This document shows positions 50,746-64,000 of a stretch of 64,000 nucleotides of DNA, piece by piece. The position numbers were made by a program, and so were the translations under genes. The notes below the pieces were generated by a model. That model ran no database searches. It was given only the letters and a program-made list of their open reading frames with translations, and was not told the origin of the DNA. The stretch covers positions 1,860,001 through 1,924,000 of the forward strand of contig JAYWIR010000017.1 in assembly GCA_036172245.1 (NCBI GenBank), given 5' to 3'. The DNA is from Raillietiella orientalis. Taxonomy: Eukaryota. The stretch's first letter is position 1. Every line of letters starts with the position of its first letter.

Positions 50746-53700
50746 TTGAACCCATTTTGTCAACATCTTTCGCTAACTCTAATAAAATTGGATTCTTGCT
50801 CGTTCGGAAGGAATGCTCGCTGATAAGGAGAGCAGATCATGTGTGGAGATCTAGATAAACATATGTGCTTAGCTGCGAAGACAAGAGCATATCACAAAGT
50901 ATGCCGTTCATTACCTCTCATTCTAACATTACAAAACCAAGCTGCCGCTGAGCTGCGTATCTTTAACGACTGATGAAGCCACTGAATTATTCTGGCTCAG
51001 CGATCCGATATCATTATAAACATGTAGCACATATTTATGTATTCGTAATAACGCATGGTGGTGTGTTCGGAATATCAGCATTCGGCGAATTGTTGTTTCT
51101 GAGCGTTCTCATTTGTGTATCTGTTCTCATCTTAGAACTTCGAGTCTATCTCCTTCCCTCGATTTCGTATGCTTCTCTGTTTTCCTTCGTATGCTTTTCG
51201 ACCTTTCCTCCTGTCCAACGGGATTCCTCGTTTTGTTATTGCGGGGAACCGCTATCTGTTGTGATGAAATCATGTGATTCGGCAGTCAGCATACATTGAC
51301 AAAAAGGTTCTTTTTTGAAAGGACACTGTACTTTTTCAATTTGCTGGCAGTTCAAACTGCTGGCTGGAACTAGCTATTAATCATATGTGATAAATATAAG
51401 TAGTTTCACAGAATATTTCAGTCTCATCCCGTTGCCATGGCAATATAAGCATGTGAAATGATATGGTTCAAGATTTCTTTTCAGCAGACACTGTCGTAGT
51501 CGCCCTTGTCTGAATGTCAGGACGTTTAGTCCCAAACGTTTTCCATTGAAAAGAATCCGGAATTAATTTTAACAAAAACAAAATCTGTGATTAGGATCAT
51601 AAACGTCGTTTCGATGATGAACTGCTGAGAACAGAGTCTGATTGCATGAGGAGACATAAAAAATAAAGCTGTAGTCGAAAATAGCATCCCCACCACGTTA
51701 AAGCTGATGGTGACAAATTGTGTGGAGCAGCTCAGAGTCTATAATATGGATCCTGTATTTCACTGTTCCTACAGATTGGACATGTTCAATTTAAAATTAT
51801 GAATGTTGAACCTCTATCTTCACAAAAATAATGTTTCATACGGATTGACTGATCCTGGAAACCCTCCTCGTTTGTCGTGGATGCGTTTCTTCTAACTTAA
51901 GGCGCACTTGGAAATTGTCTAAAGATCAGGACGTGTAGAGAAGTGAAGTTTTCATTTTCCTGTGTGAAAATGGTAAAAGGGAATTCTTTGTGACTGCTTG
52001 GGCACGACATTGGAAAGGGAAAGAATCATACGTCGTCGCTTTGCTAAAATCCAGAAATCATCAGCATTTTGAATACTTGGCCTCCCTAAAAAAAAATACC
52101 TCAGACTCAGCATTTGAGATCCCCTCTCGATGTTTAATTACCACTGTGTGGAATTGTGCGCACACATTTGTGTCAGCAATCCACGGCTACCTTAATTTCG
52201 TACGTCGGTAAAAATCTTGTATTGATGCCAGATTGAAAGGACAACCTCATCTAGGAAAGTGTTTTATCTCGGCATCCCAAGTCTATCCGTACCCTTGAAA
52301 TGAAGAAAATAATTTTGGACACGTGGATGTCGCTTGAATATCAGTTCATGTTGTTTTCTTGATGTGGTGAAAGGACTGCTGAGAGTTTCAAAAGTTCAGT
52401 TGGGATGCACTCGAGGAGCCATACTTAAAATCGTTTCTCCATTGAATACGAAGGATGGAAATCGGCAGCGCTACGTGGATTTATTCTCAACTGATCCTTT
52501 CTTATCCATTCGTTAGAACGTTACAAACCTCGTTCCGCACTCCGGATAAATAAATATTCCCAGCAAAGTGTTGAGAAGGGTGCTCAAGGGTTTTCTTGAG
52601 CTCTACATGCACGAACGGTTTTCGGGTCGGAGCCAAAGAAACTAATGCCGGAAGATGTGGCGCAAGAGTAATGTGATGAACATCCGTGTCAAGGATAGCA
52701 GAATCAATTATAGAATGCTAAGCACATCTCGATCTCTAACACTTTCCATTAAATTTCAATATCTGCGCCACGCTGTGTGTGGTGAGCCTGCGTTTCCCTT
52801 TGTATTTGTCAAGGAACAACCGAACAAACTCGAGTTCGAGATGTTGACGAATCTTGTGCAAAGAATTCGCTGAGGTAACAAAAAAAAAATCTCCAGAGGA
52901 TACGAGAAGACCAGCGTGAGTGGAGGGATAGTCTCAATGTGAATAACGCTGAAGGAGTCATCCTGGAAACGGGGAGGTGCGCTCTGACATCCCATATTCT
53001 GAAGATTGGAAGTAAAGTTCTTGCGTTATGTTTGGTCATGAGCAACCGATTTCGCCTTCAGAGTTGTGCATATTTCAGTGTCATCCGGATTAGGTGTTTT
53101 AGCACTTAAATCTTCATCTTTTGCTCGACAACATGTTTTCGAACATGAAAACTCTGTACGTCTGTGGTCAAGTACGTGGGTGTTTGTATGTGGAGAAAAT
53201 CGAAATGCACAAAACAGAAATCACCCAACTGAAGAACATTCCGTGATGTCACCTATGTGAGCATTTATATTTGCCTAAATGTTTCGTGTGCTTGAAAGCA
53301 TCGCTAGGCTGATAAAAGAAGCAAGACAATAAGTGCATAAGGAAATCAAAGCAAAATGAATTGATCACTAGATGGGTTGAATGCAGAAGATTTGCACTAG
53401 CTGGTAGAACAAGAAATAGTAAAAGCCTCATACCAAACGCTCTTTGCACAAGTTCCATATGCAGCCAAGAGTTACACGGTAGAATCATGCACATTGAACA
53501 ATTTGTAGAAGAAGCCTAGAGATTCTCTAATGTATTTTTTCCTTCCATACACATCAACTCTTTTCCCTCTGGAACAAGGAACAAAGACGAACGTTTCCAT
53601 GATTGATACTTCGTTTAGTGTTAGCTTTAGGTACAGTGCTACCGCGTAAAAAGGAAGGAGATGCATTTAAAACTGACAGTGGTTCTGATGGATTGAAAGA

Positions 53701-54599
53701 CTAGTACATTACTGGAGGCCGGCAAAAGAATGAATTCTGCTATTTCTAGTTTTCCCGAGTACTCCAAAGACGTTTCTGAACGTATGAATAGCTCTTACCA
53801 TCATTCGTTTGCATTTTTCGTAGTCTAGTGTTGTGCTCCTGATGATTTCAGATGATTACGAACTTAAGAGTAAAGGCATTGAAGTTTAATAAGGGTTTTC
53901 CTTCAAGGCGAAAACATTTTGCTTTAATCAAATGTTTTTTTTTAATTACAGTACAGTTATCGTAATTTTTTTTTTATTGAGTAACACTGTAAAAAAAATC
54001 GTAGGTGTTCATTCATGATTATCTCTAGCGAAATACATTCTTGGAATCTCTCAAAGTACGGAATTTTTTTTTTTTTTTTTTCCATTTTTCGATAACATAT
54101 TAGCCCCATGATATGAAAACACAATTAGCTAATATTGCGCTCGGTAATTGAAATTATGGTTTTCTAAAAAGATAAATCAATCTTATATGAATGTACTGTC
54201 TGAACCATCAAAAGTATCTGATTCGAAGGTATGATGTTGAAGCACCAGCGAACGTTCAGACATTTCGTGTTCTTGGCAACCAACTGCGCAGACTTCATAC
54301 GAATACGAGGTGAAGCGGGACGTGCCATCTATCGTGCCATCCAAAGGGTGTTTTCTTCTTATGGTGTACTTGTATTTTGCTTCTGTTTATCAGCATTTCT
54401 TCAATTCTTTCAGCATTCCACATCGATTTCAAAGCTTTGAAATCGATAGAACGCTCGTTGTGCCTACTGCCGAGGCAGTGAAAACAAATTGCGAGCATCG
54501 GAGATGATGGGAATGATAGGCAAAAGTTTTCTTCTCATATATTTTGTGCTTTCCATCCTTGAGCTTTTGGGGACTTCCCGCTGTTAAGATGGACCGACA

Positions 54600-55700
54600 A
54601 TCTCGAAAAAGCCAAAGAAACTACGAACTACTCCCTTTACTAACTGCGAACTGGATTCTCCAGATCACCTTCTTACACTCCTTTCTCAGCTACAGAGCGG
54701 TTTCTTCCATGCTTCCATTTGTTGCACTCATCCACACCCATGAAATAGTTTCAGTTTAGGAGGATTTTCCCTTGGGAAAACAGTCCCGAAGGATGACTGC
54801 TTCAATGGCATCCTTTATCATTTTCCACAGACGACGGCTTCGTTTCTCGGACTGATACGCTGAATTGTTCATTCTTTAATTTTCATCTTCAGGAATTCTG
54901 CCATCTTCATCCAATGATGGTCATCTGTGTTGATATCTTTGGAAGGAGAAACCTGCAAGATCATCTTTGATCTCAAGAATGCCTTGCAAACATCAGTTTA
55001 AGGACAGTAATGACGGTGGAGTTTTTTCGCCAACACTTTCGTTTCTGTACAGGTCGTGGCTAAAGAACGAAACAGAATTTCCTTGATCGACTCTTGTCTG
55101 CATCGTCTTTTACATTGCGGCCATTTATTGGTCCATCACTTCGCCTTCTTTTGCCTCAAAAGTTTTTGTCATCCCTAACAAAGTGCAGCTATCTCGCAAA
55201 GTTTCTGAGCACCCATCGCAGTTAGCTGAACCATAGAGAAAATCATTTCGGTTCAACTTCCTTTCGGTTGACATCATTAGTAATCTCTTATCGTGAACTT
55301 CCACAGAGAGTAAAATTTCTTCCTGATCGAACTCATTACTCCATACAGCTTCTTCCTAGGTTTACTATTTGGTTTTGCCGCTTACGAGAGATTTCTCGTG
55401 CTATGACTCCACTAAGGCTAAGCTATCAGTCGAAATGGAGTTTTCCGGTTACAGATTCACTTTGAGGTTTACAAATCCGTGTTGCAACCTTTCATCTGAC
55501 CACCATCCACTTGAACCATGTAAACTCGTATTTGAATGCGACTTCTTAGCAGAACTGGGGCATGTCTTACCAGAATGTTGCAATTCGGTTCAGGGGGAAG
55601 TTCTACGAGAAAATGCATTTGCCTTGGAGTACTTCTTAGTACAATTTTATTTTCTCCCTCTGCTACATGAAAAAACTGATTCTTGCTTCTTTGCAGAGAA
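54600..55700 (-). mobile_element. Decayed non-LTR retrotransposon RT region
   Basis: Minus strand DVCKAF near 54985, followed by SQG-like (about 54775) and QFA-like (about 54650) segments in RT order; heavily degenerate. Confidence 0.3.
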
Positions 55701-58700
55701 CATTTTTCCAAGCGACATTACGTTCCAAGGACAAAATACCCTTTAATTTCGCTTTTATAGCCACACCTTTATAGCTTCTCAAAATGAAAACGTTCAATTG
55801 TTTTCATAATGGAACTGCAGAGCCAGCTCACAAGGTCATTCGGATAGCCCTGTTACTAGCATTTGTTTCCTCAAATATAAGTTCCCCGAATAGAAATATT
55901 TTGGATGTGTCTGAAAAGCACTCCGAAGTACAATCCGGAACCTCTGAAAATCGTCCCCTGACTAAACTCTTCTTCAGAGTTCGTCGTGATAAAGGTAGTG
56001 ATGTCGAACTTTGCAAAATTTCAGGATTCAGTTCTTTCAGAGCAAAGTGAATTTTCCAGTTCAACTTTTCCTCTCCTTTCACAGAAACCATCCAATGAGA
56101 TCTGAATGCTTCAAATATTAAGAGATTCCCGTCTCCAGGCCAAATCACATGCTTTGATGGCTTTTTTCCCCACAAAAATTTTTATATGGAGAGGAGTAGA
56201 GGAAAGAAACCGTTGCTGATTTTGATCCCTTCCCAAAAAAAAGAGTTGATGAGCGTATTTCGAACCGCAGTGCAATCTGAATTTTCATGTACAAGATTAG
56301 AAGTGGATTAGGAAACATTTGTGCTGCATCAAAGTCCATGTACGCAGATATCACTTCTGCTTGAATGTTGGGAACGGAGGAACACCCGTTTCCTAATCCT
56401 TCTTTATTTCCAGATTGCGGATTTATATGTGGCTGCGAACGAGATATCAACTCTGAAAATCTCTTCGCTTTTTGATCTCCAAGAACAATTATTGCGAAAG
56501 CAAGCGATTAGTTCGGAATTAATGCGCACAAAACTTCCCTCAAGTGTGTTTCCGTAAATGGAAGCATTCGATTACACTCAAAGAGGCTGAGGCCGGAGCA
56601 TTTCAAGCCAGCATCCACACATCCGTTTGTTGCCATGTTTCCAGGCAAAAAGATTAGGCAATCTCATTTCACCGTTGCTGCCGCATTATTAATTGCATGC
56701 GGTTAATAGCACTGCTATTCTTTGGCTTTCGTAAGAAGTGTGTTTTTTAGATTATTTGAAATTCGGGTTGCACTTTCAAATCTAACGAGGCTGTGTCACA
56801 CCGATCAGAAATCGGCAGATTCATTCTCTTTTTAAAAGCATCATGAAAGATGCGGAAAGACGAAACTATGAAAAGATATGATGGAAGAATTACATCACAA
56901 GAACACTTACATTTGTTTGCAAATTACAGTCGGATGAGATTTGGTGAAATCTCCGAAAAACTTAGAAGAAAACTTGATAAAGAGGGAAAATAGCAGAAGG
57001 AAGAAAACACAGGTACTCACTGGTGTGTTGTTTTCCTGATAATCAAATATCAGTGAACGATACTATTGTCAGTACATTAGACAATTTCATCAATATAGAT
57101 ATTTTTGAATCGCGAATTTGTGATTAGGCCACTCAGAGAGCGACCCAGAGATTTCATGCTTCCAAGTTAGGTTGTCAAGAAGTATCAGCTTCGTCGGAAG
57201 TTAGTAAATGCAAGGAGATTGTGAAGAGTCATCTCAATGTTGATGTACAGGGTGCCTCCCCCGTGGAAATCCATGCAGTTACGTGCTTCATGCATAATTG
57301 TAAAAATGAATCACATCAAAGTGAAGTTATGTGCAGCTTTAGATGGGCCTAGGAAAAAAATTTGCATCATTGCATAGAAGAAAGCAATTGGATATTGAAA
57401 ACAAACTTCATCGTATTAAGTAGCTTAAATTTCATTCCTGTTTTTGAACAACAAAAGCATATGTACGAAATTAGAGATATAAAAGCGATGTACAACAAAG
57501 GAACTGAGCGTAAAAGTGCAGAACAATGTCATCTCTCAGCAGATGATGAACACACTCGTTTATCTCCTCCTGTGCGTTGTTTTAATCATCATAACTAAAG
57601 ATTACGTCGCACAAGATTATCCATACACGTAGAGAACATCCGTTGCTAGGCAGTCAGCAGCACTCCAGCAGGTTGTATGAATTCAAGTTTCGTTGCCATT
57701 CTAAAATTGTAAACTTGTAAATTAAATGCAGTTTTTCTGGAGGGGGTAGAATTGTGAGAAAGCAAACATTAGGTATTTGTTAAAATCCGATATCGATCCC
57801 CTATCATACAAGAATATGCTCAATTCATTCTAAAAATGGCCAATTAATAATATTAATGAATATTTCATGTACTTTGAAGTTGGGAATCGATTTCATCAGA
57901 CGCTCCACTTTTCAAGTTAGATGATTCCTTCCCCTTAATATTTTTGTCTCTGGATATAGTTTATGTACATATCTTCATCTAACTGATCTTAAACAGGTTC
58001 CTCTACGTACCATCTGTTCCAGTGTCAGTGACCCAACGAAAACCATTTTAATAATTAGCAAACAAACCTGCATCTGAACTGGCTTGAAACAAAATCCTCA
58101 TGTACCAGAATCGTTCTTTGATTTTCAGTAAAAAACTGAACTTCAGTAGCGAAGCTATCACAACATCTGTTGATGCACGTTGTTAAATTAAGTGACCTGT
58201 TTCAATACGTGGCAGATAAGAGAGAGATTGAACGCAGAAAGTGAAACTGATAGATGTTGTACAGCTTGATTAGTCACCTCCGGAACTTCGAATTTTGAAA
58301 AAAATTTGTGCTTTCATGGCAAATGAATTCCAAGATATTGCAATATATTCCAAGATATGCTAAGGTACCACGGAAAGATTGATGAAAAATAATACTAAAG
58401 AGCAAATTGAAAAATATTTTTCAAATTTGTTGACGCACAATGGAAACAAGGCTGCATTTTCTCGAAAGTTCGCCTTATAAGAGCAACAAGTAAGATGCTG
58501 TTACTTGTGAAGGTGTTCTCTTCCCTATGTTGTGGTAACTTGTATGTTAGTCATCCTGCCTATTTGAAAATTTACGAATAGGGTGAAGGCAATGTCAGGA
58601 TATTGCTTTCGCACGTGCCTTTCGTACATCTCAATTCTCTAGATCGAGATAATGCATGCCGATAAAGAAAGTCTGGAGATGGAAGGTTTTTTCGCGTGGT

Positions 58701-61700
58701 AAGGAATATGAAATAAGAGTGTGATAAACAAGAGACAAGAACGGTTGTTGTTTATTTATTCAAGATATAATCGAAAGTGAATCAACAGAACACCTTATGT
58801 ATTATTATACTCATCTGCTTCATTAAATCATAACCTCGGATTCTCTTTTCTATTAAGAAAATTATCTTGTTCCTTGAACAGCAAGAAAGGTCCAAGTATC
58901 TTTAAACAACAAAGAATTTTTTAAAAATAGCCAGATATCATGGAAAAGATCAGAAAATTTGTTTCGTCTATAATTCAATCTAAGCTTGAGAATGTGAAGT
59001 AACAGAAATCCATTTCTAAATTGCTGCAAACTCTCGAAGTAAAGAAAAACAAAAGAAGAAGAAAAGAAGTCTATTGCATAACTATATTGAGACTATTGCA
59101 TAGCAATTGTGAATGGCATTTGCCCAGAAGCGAAGTCTTTAATTCACTCCAGAAATGAAAACAAAACATTCGGAATTCCGGAGCCGTGGATGCTTCCTTG
59201 CTCAATGATCGGTACGGTTATGGAAGATTAGGAACGGCATAAAGTTTCGTTCCGTCTCTTCGAATTTCGTTTGAATCTCGGAAGACGAAATGCATCCAGC
59301 AATCTCAATGAAAGGGTTGATGTGAGCTTCTTAGATAGGAGATCGATCTGAGCAGTGGGAGAGGAAAAAGTTATAAAGAAGAGCACCAAACACGTCTCAG
59401 ATTATCACAGGGCAAAGTAGCAAGCTAAGTCTGGATAATTTGCAAATGGAACACTAATGCCTGAAAGAATGTTGAGTTAAGAAACATCGACCTTTCTTTT
59501 CGAAAACATTAACGATTAAAAGGAGAAAATGATTTCAAGACGATGTTAACTTACCATATGGAACGTGGTTATTTAAATTGCATGTGTGCATGGCAGAGTT
59601 CGATATTTGAAAGATGAAATACAGATTAATGCTAGTTCAGAATAGAATTTAGTAAAATGTTTATTTTCGAAGAACTGAAATGGTCGCAACTGAAGAGTTC
59701 GATCTTACGATCTCGGGGAAAACTTAGGATGCACACTCGAGAATAATAAAAGGAAAAGGATAGGAGGTGGTTTCCGGAAAAGATTCCTAGCTAAGTTTTT
59801 TTTTTTCACGTTTTCCTACTTCCATCTTCGTTATTCGTATACTGTTCTGAAAAAGGGATTTCGTATGAGGCGTGAACGTAAAAATTCATAAAAAATTGAA
59901 AAGTTTCAAGAGTTTCAGAAGCATTTGCAAAAGCAAACTCCGGAAATTCTTCAGAAATAGCTTTAGCACTTCAAGTGCCACAATACTTTTGCTTGTCCGT
60001 AATCAAAGAGTGGCAGCACACATTAGAATTTCAGAGAAGAACCTAAAAAACGAATGGCTCCAGCATGCATGTAATCTGAGCAATTGATTCTTTAATGAAC
60101 AATACCTTGTGTATTATCTTCATATAGATAGATATTACATTCTATATGTTCATACAATATAACACTCAGTATACGTGGACTCGGCAGTCATCTTGTTTGA
60201 CGCATCATTTTTCTATAAGAGAACACACGAGCATTTTTCTGTAGAGGGAGAAAGTCACATCCATTCGCATATGAAAAATAGTTCAAGTATTGCAATTGAT
60301 ATGTGCGCAACAGTGTATGTTTTAAATTCAAAAGCTTTTTTTTTCAATTAGCTTTCCTGGAAAAAAAAATGCCTCCCTGAAAGAACTGCTTTCCCTTTTT
60401 CTAAGATTAACTGAAAATCTTTCTCATTAGAGGAATGAATGTTTTCTCCTTCGGCAAAGCATTCGTTCAAAACTTCACAAATACCCTCAAATTTTATTCA
60501 TAACTTGTCCGAGTTTTCTGGTGAGGAAGCAATCAGACTCCGTTTCAAATTTAAAGCTGCTGTTTTTTGGAAAAGGGATGTGCAAAAGCAGCAATTGCAA
60601 ATAAAAGTGACCCACTGGAACTTTTCAAAATGATTTCTATTTCTTTTGAGTCAGGAAAAAAAAAAAAGACTTTTAGACCTATATTATTTTGCAAAAGAGT
60701 TCAGAAAAAGAATCGAAAACTTTCTGGATAACAGTGAATCATTGAAAGTTTTACTACTGGTCCATGTTTGCAGAACTAATTTCTTCAGCAGTAACGTACT
60801 GCTGCATTGGGAGAAATTTTCAGTTTTAGATAACATCTTCCCGAACCAGTAGATAAGTTCAGTGGTGCTCTTAGCTAGCGAGCTCTGGACTTAATTTCAG
60901 GAATGAAAATCCGGCATGAAGCCAAATTACTTCCCCTCTTTCATGTGTCATCATGAAACCAAGCATCTTGTGTTCTTTAACAGACTCGACCCATGCTCTT
61001 CCTGAGCAAAGAGTTGTTCTTATTTGTCTTTGAATACAGAAAAACCTCACTTCCACTTTTTCTCTTGATTGATTTTTCCACTCAATGATGTGCTTTTTAT
61101 CTGAGAGGAAAACTTCTTTAGGGCACAAGACGATTATATCCGTCCGCCTCTTACCAGTGTGGGATGCTGAAGAGCTCTGGAACTTCTCCCCCATGCTCTC
61201 AGTGAAAGGGCTTTTTTGCCTTTTGTCTGATGTTTCTATTACGAGTAAATTCCACTCGAGAGTGTGTATGCACTGCTCTAAAAGTATTTACTCATGAGGG
61301 CAATGTCTCCGGAAAGGGAAGGAAAATTCGTCATCTGGGATGCCAAGAGGCCTCTCATAATTCCCTCGCCTTTCTAATTCCCTCGCTCAGTCTCCAGCCC
61401 ACATGGAAATCTCCAACACAGTCAGAGCAGTTCTGCGGACAGCATGATACGAGAAAACGTGGATAAAGTGAATATGATTTGTAATTCAAGGGCTGGCAGT
61501 CTGACGTTTAGTCTGCTTTTGTTTTCGCCCTAGAGACTGGACTCCTTAGAAAGCACACTTGCTGATGCTAATGAATATCCCTAGAGACGCATGGCTGCAG
61601 CATGATCGGAGCAGAATCATTTCGTCTTCAGCGTTGAAGCAGCTTCAGATATGTTGTTGTTCCCAAGGAAAAAAGCCGAGCTGAAGATATCAGGAGTTTA

Positions 61701-63599
61701 TCATCTCAGAGTCAGGAATTTTTATTACCTTCACCCAGTCATAAGGCATTCACTTCATTCATACAGTAATAAGCCTTTTTATTCGTTCTACATGAAAGAC
61801 GGGGATGTTACCGCATGTTGCTGCATGGTGTTCTGAACATTCCGTTGCCGGAAATCTACACTTACCGGAACTCGGTTCGGAGAAAGCAGCTTTGGAGTTG
61901 CCGCGTCAGCAATCTGCAAGTACCATTTTGCTATCTCTGTTTTATCACTGGAGGAGACACATGAAGGCTACCCGTAGATGCAGACTCTTCAGACAGGTGG
62001 TTCTGAGGAAAAGTCTCTTTTCGTTTGTTTGGCCAGAAAGTTGTCGTCTGGCCACGATCTCGGCAAAGTGTCTCTTGACAGCAGCAAGGGTCTGACCCTC
62101 GTCATCTTTTCTGCACGTTAGTCGATCTTGGAATTATTAGAGAATCGATGTGTATTGGGATGAGCTGGAATGGGAGAGGGTCAGAAAGAAAAGCAGCACT
62201 ATTAGTCGAATCCGTGAATACCGAGACTTTCAGATTCACCAAACGCTGGTGCTTTTTAACAAAATTAATCCTTGTTTCCTTTCGGTTTTGCAGAGTTCAT
62301 GCGATTCACTGAATTATTTCTTACGCAAAACTATTTTTTTGAATATCGGTCGTTTTGAATACTGAGTATTATTATTATGATTTTTTCCTGCAGGAATTTT
62401 TCGATCGACTCAAAGATTTTGGATTGCTTTTCTAAAAATTTAAAACAAAGAACTTTTAACTTTTAAACCTTTTCAGAATCAGAAAGAAAACTGAAGTTAA
62501 ATGACACCTTTTGAACTTGTGGTAAATTATAGGTCACTGCACCTTGGTATGAATTTAGACAAAGAATCAGAACAGAAGAGCAATGTTTCCGGAGATTGTG
62601 GTTCAAAGTTCTGCTTCCATAGAAGCAGAGCTTTTTTTCAGCTTCTGGATGATGCAAATAAATAAAACCATAGTGGAAACCTCTTACATCTAACAAAGAA
62701 TGCTAGCAATAAAACGGAGTCGAATCCTGTCTACAATATTGATAGGTCCAATGACTGATGACTCAGCTCGATGAATGAAAGAGCCACTCTTTCAGATCAG
62801 GTGGCTGTTTCTCAATTCAAAGTGAACTTGCAATTAGTTGACTTCAGAATCGTTTCATATTTTCACATTATGAATGAGCACTTGCTCCTAGTCCGTGTTG
62901 AAGTGAGTGTGTCGGTAGCTTTCCTATGAGGTCATAGGTGAGGTACACGGCATTTGTTGTGGTGTCTCCTTTCTCCAGAATCCTGGAAACAGCTTTCCGG
63001 GGATCTCGTGTCAATGAAATGCAAATCAACTCAAAATCGGTGATCCAACGATGGTCATTCCCATGATGGCATTTGAAACTGTTTCCTTTTTCCTTGATGG
63101 CTTCCCTTGAGTTTCGATTCTATCCGAACTGCTACCCGTTGCGGATTGCACTCAGTCAAACCACATGAACGTATTCACAGTGCATGGCAATATTATCACA
63201 GTGTTATAAGAATGTCAAGTGCTTTCATAAAGTAATTCATGGGTTTACGATGGAAAACTAAGAACGCAACGATCGTATGAAGACATAATTATCAATGACA
63301 TGATCATAATAAAAGCTTATATTAATTGCGTGAAACGATTAAATAACTTACAGCAACATTGACATTTTCCTATAACATATGAAAATGACATGCGATACTG
63401 GACATGCTCTGTGATGATTTTTGCTGACGTAGTGATGCATTGAGATTGCCTAGAGACTGATTTAGCCACTAAATGAATCAGTTGTTTTGAATCTTTGTTT
63501 TCCTGCATTCTTTTGCTTGTTCCGTGCTGCTGGGTAGGGAACAACAGTCATTGATCACTTTCACGTCAGTGATTAGTACATTTTACTCACTCCATTGCT

Positions 63600-64000
63600 A
63601 TCTTAATGCCATTGCACCGGGGTTTTGCAAAATTGCCCTGACGGGGTCTTGAGAAAACGCGTTCTTTGCCAGATAAGAATGCTGCTCAAAATCAATGTAT
63701 GGAAGAGCTGGACTATTCGTTCATCCCAGCAGTCATGAAAGCGAGCACGATTTGCATCCCGTAGTATGAAATCACCCAGTCGGGGAAATCTTGCCCAGTC
63801 TGCCACATTTTTCGATTTGCCTTTTGCTAGCTTCATCACCAAACCCAGCTTGTTTTATCGCACGGCCAAACTCCAGTTCGAAGACAGGCAGTCGCTTGGA
63901 TTCATCAGTTTAAAAATAACTTTTCACCTTAACGGAAACCGTACCTCGTTTGGTGAGGCCCTTCATGCCTCCCTACTTGGCCCAACATTGATTGCCAAGT
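63600..64000 (-). mobile_element. Possible decayed L1-like fragment running off the window
   Basis: DERIVQLFHTLILSSIL resembles the L1 post-RT GRxxLxNSLILSKL segment; single weak motif. Confidence 0.2.

Noticed and set aside
62750..62800. Hammerhead-like core CTGATGA...GAAAGAGCCACTCTT
   Set aside because: Stem III forms, but stem II lacks the closing pair next to the core and stem I has only 3 bp.
1..64000. CRISPR arrays, tRNA/rRNA genes, prokaryotic operons
   Set aside because: None seen; the spliced gene structure shows the DNA is eukaryotic.

Overview
Eukaryotic (animal, probably arthropod) genomic DNA of about 40% GC. The left 27 kb holds the 3' part of an UNC-5 netrin receptor gene on the + strand. 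Ten coding exons (402-27041) splice in phase through GT-AG introns to give Ig2, one TSP1, a transmembrane helix, ZU5, UPA and a death domain; only one TSP1 exon was found where two are typical. The right 37 kb has no recognisable host gene and appears to be filled with decayed non-LTR retrotransposons and rearranged repeats. It contains a sharp GC/CpG-rich island (about 40600-46100) over two fossil L1/Tx1-type LINEs lying tail-to-tail. In the + strand fossil the endonuclease and reverse transcriptase parts are frameshifted and have lost catalytic residues. Its C-terminal third nevertheless survives as an intact 418-codon ORF (41850-43106) with conserved GGLGL and CCHC motifs, an upstream TATA/MEF2-like box and splice-acceptor-like site, and a downstream AATAAA. 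This is a candidate domesticated LINE ORF2 C-terminal-domain gene. All family calls come from reading motifs by eye; no searches were run.
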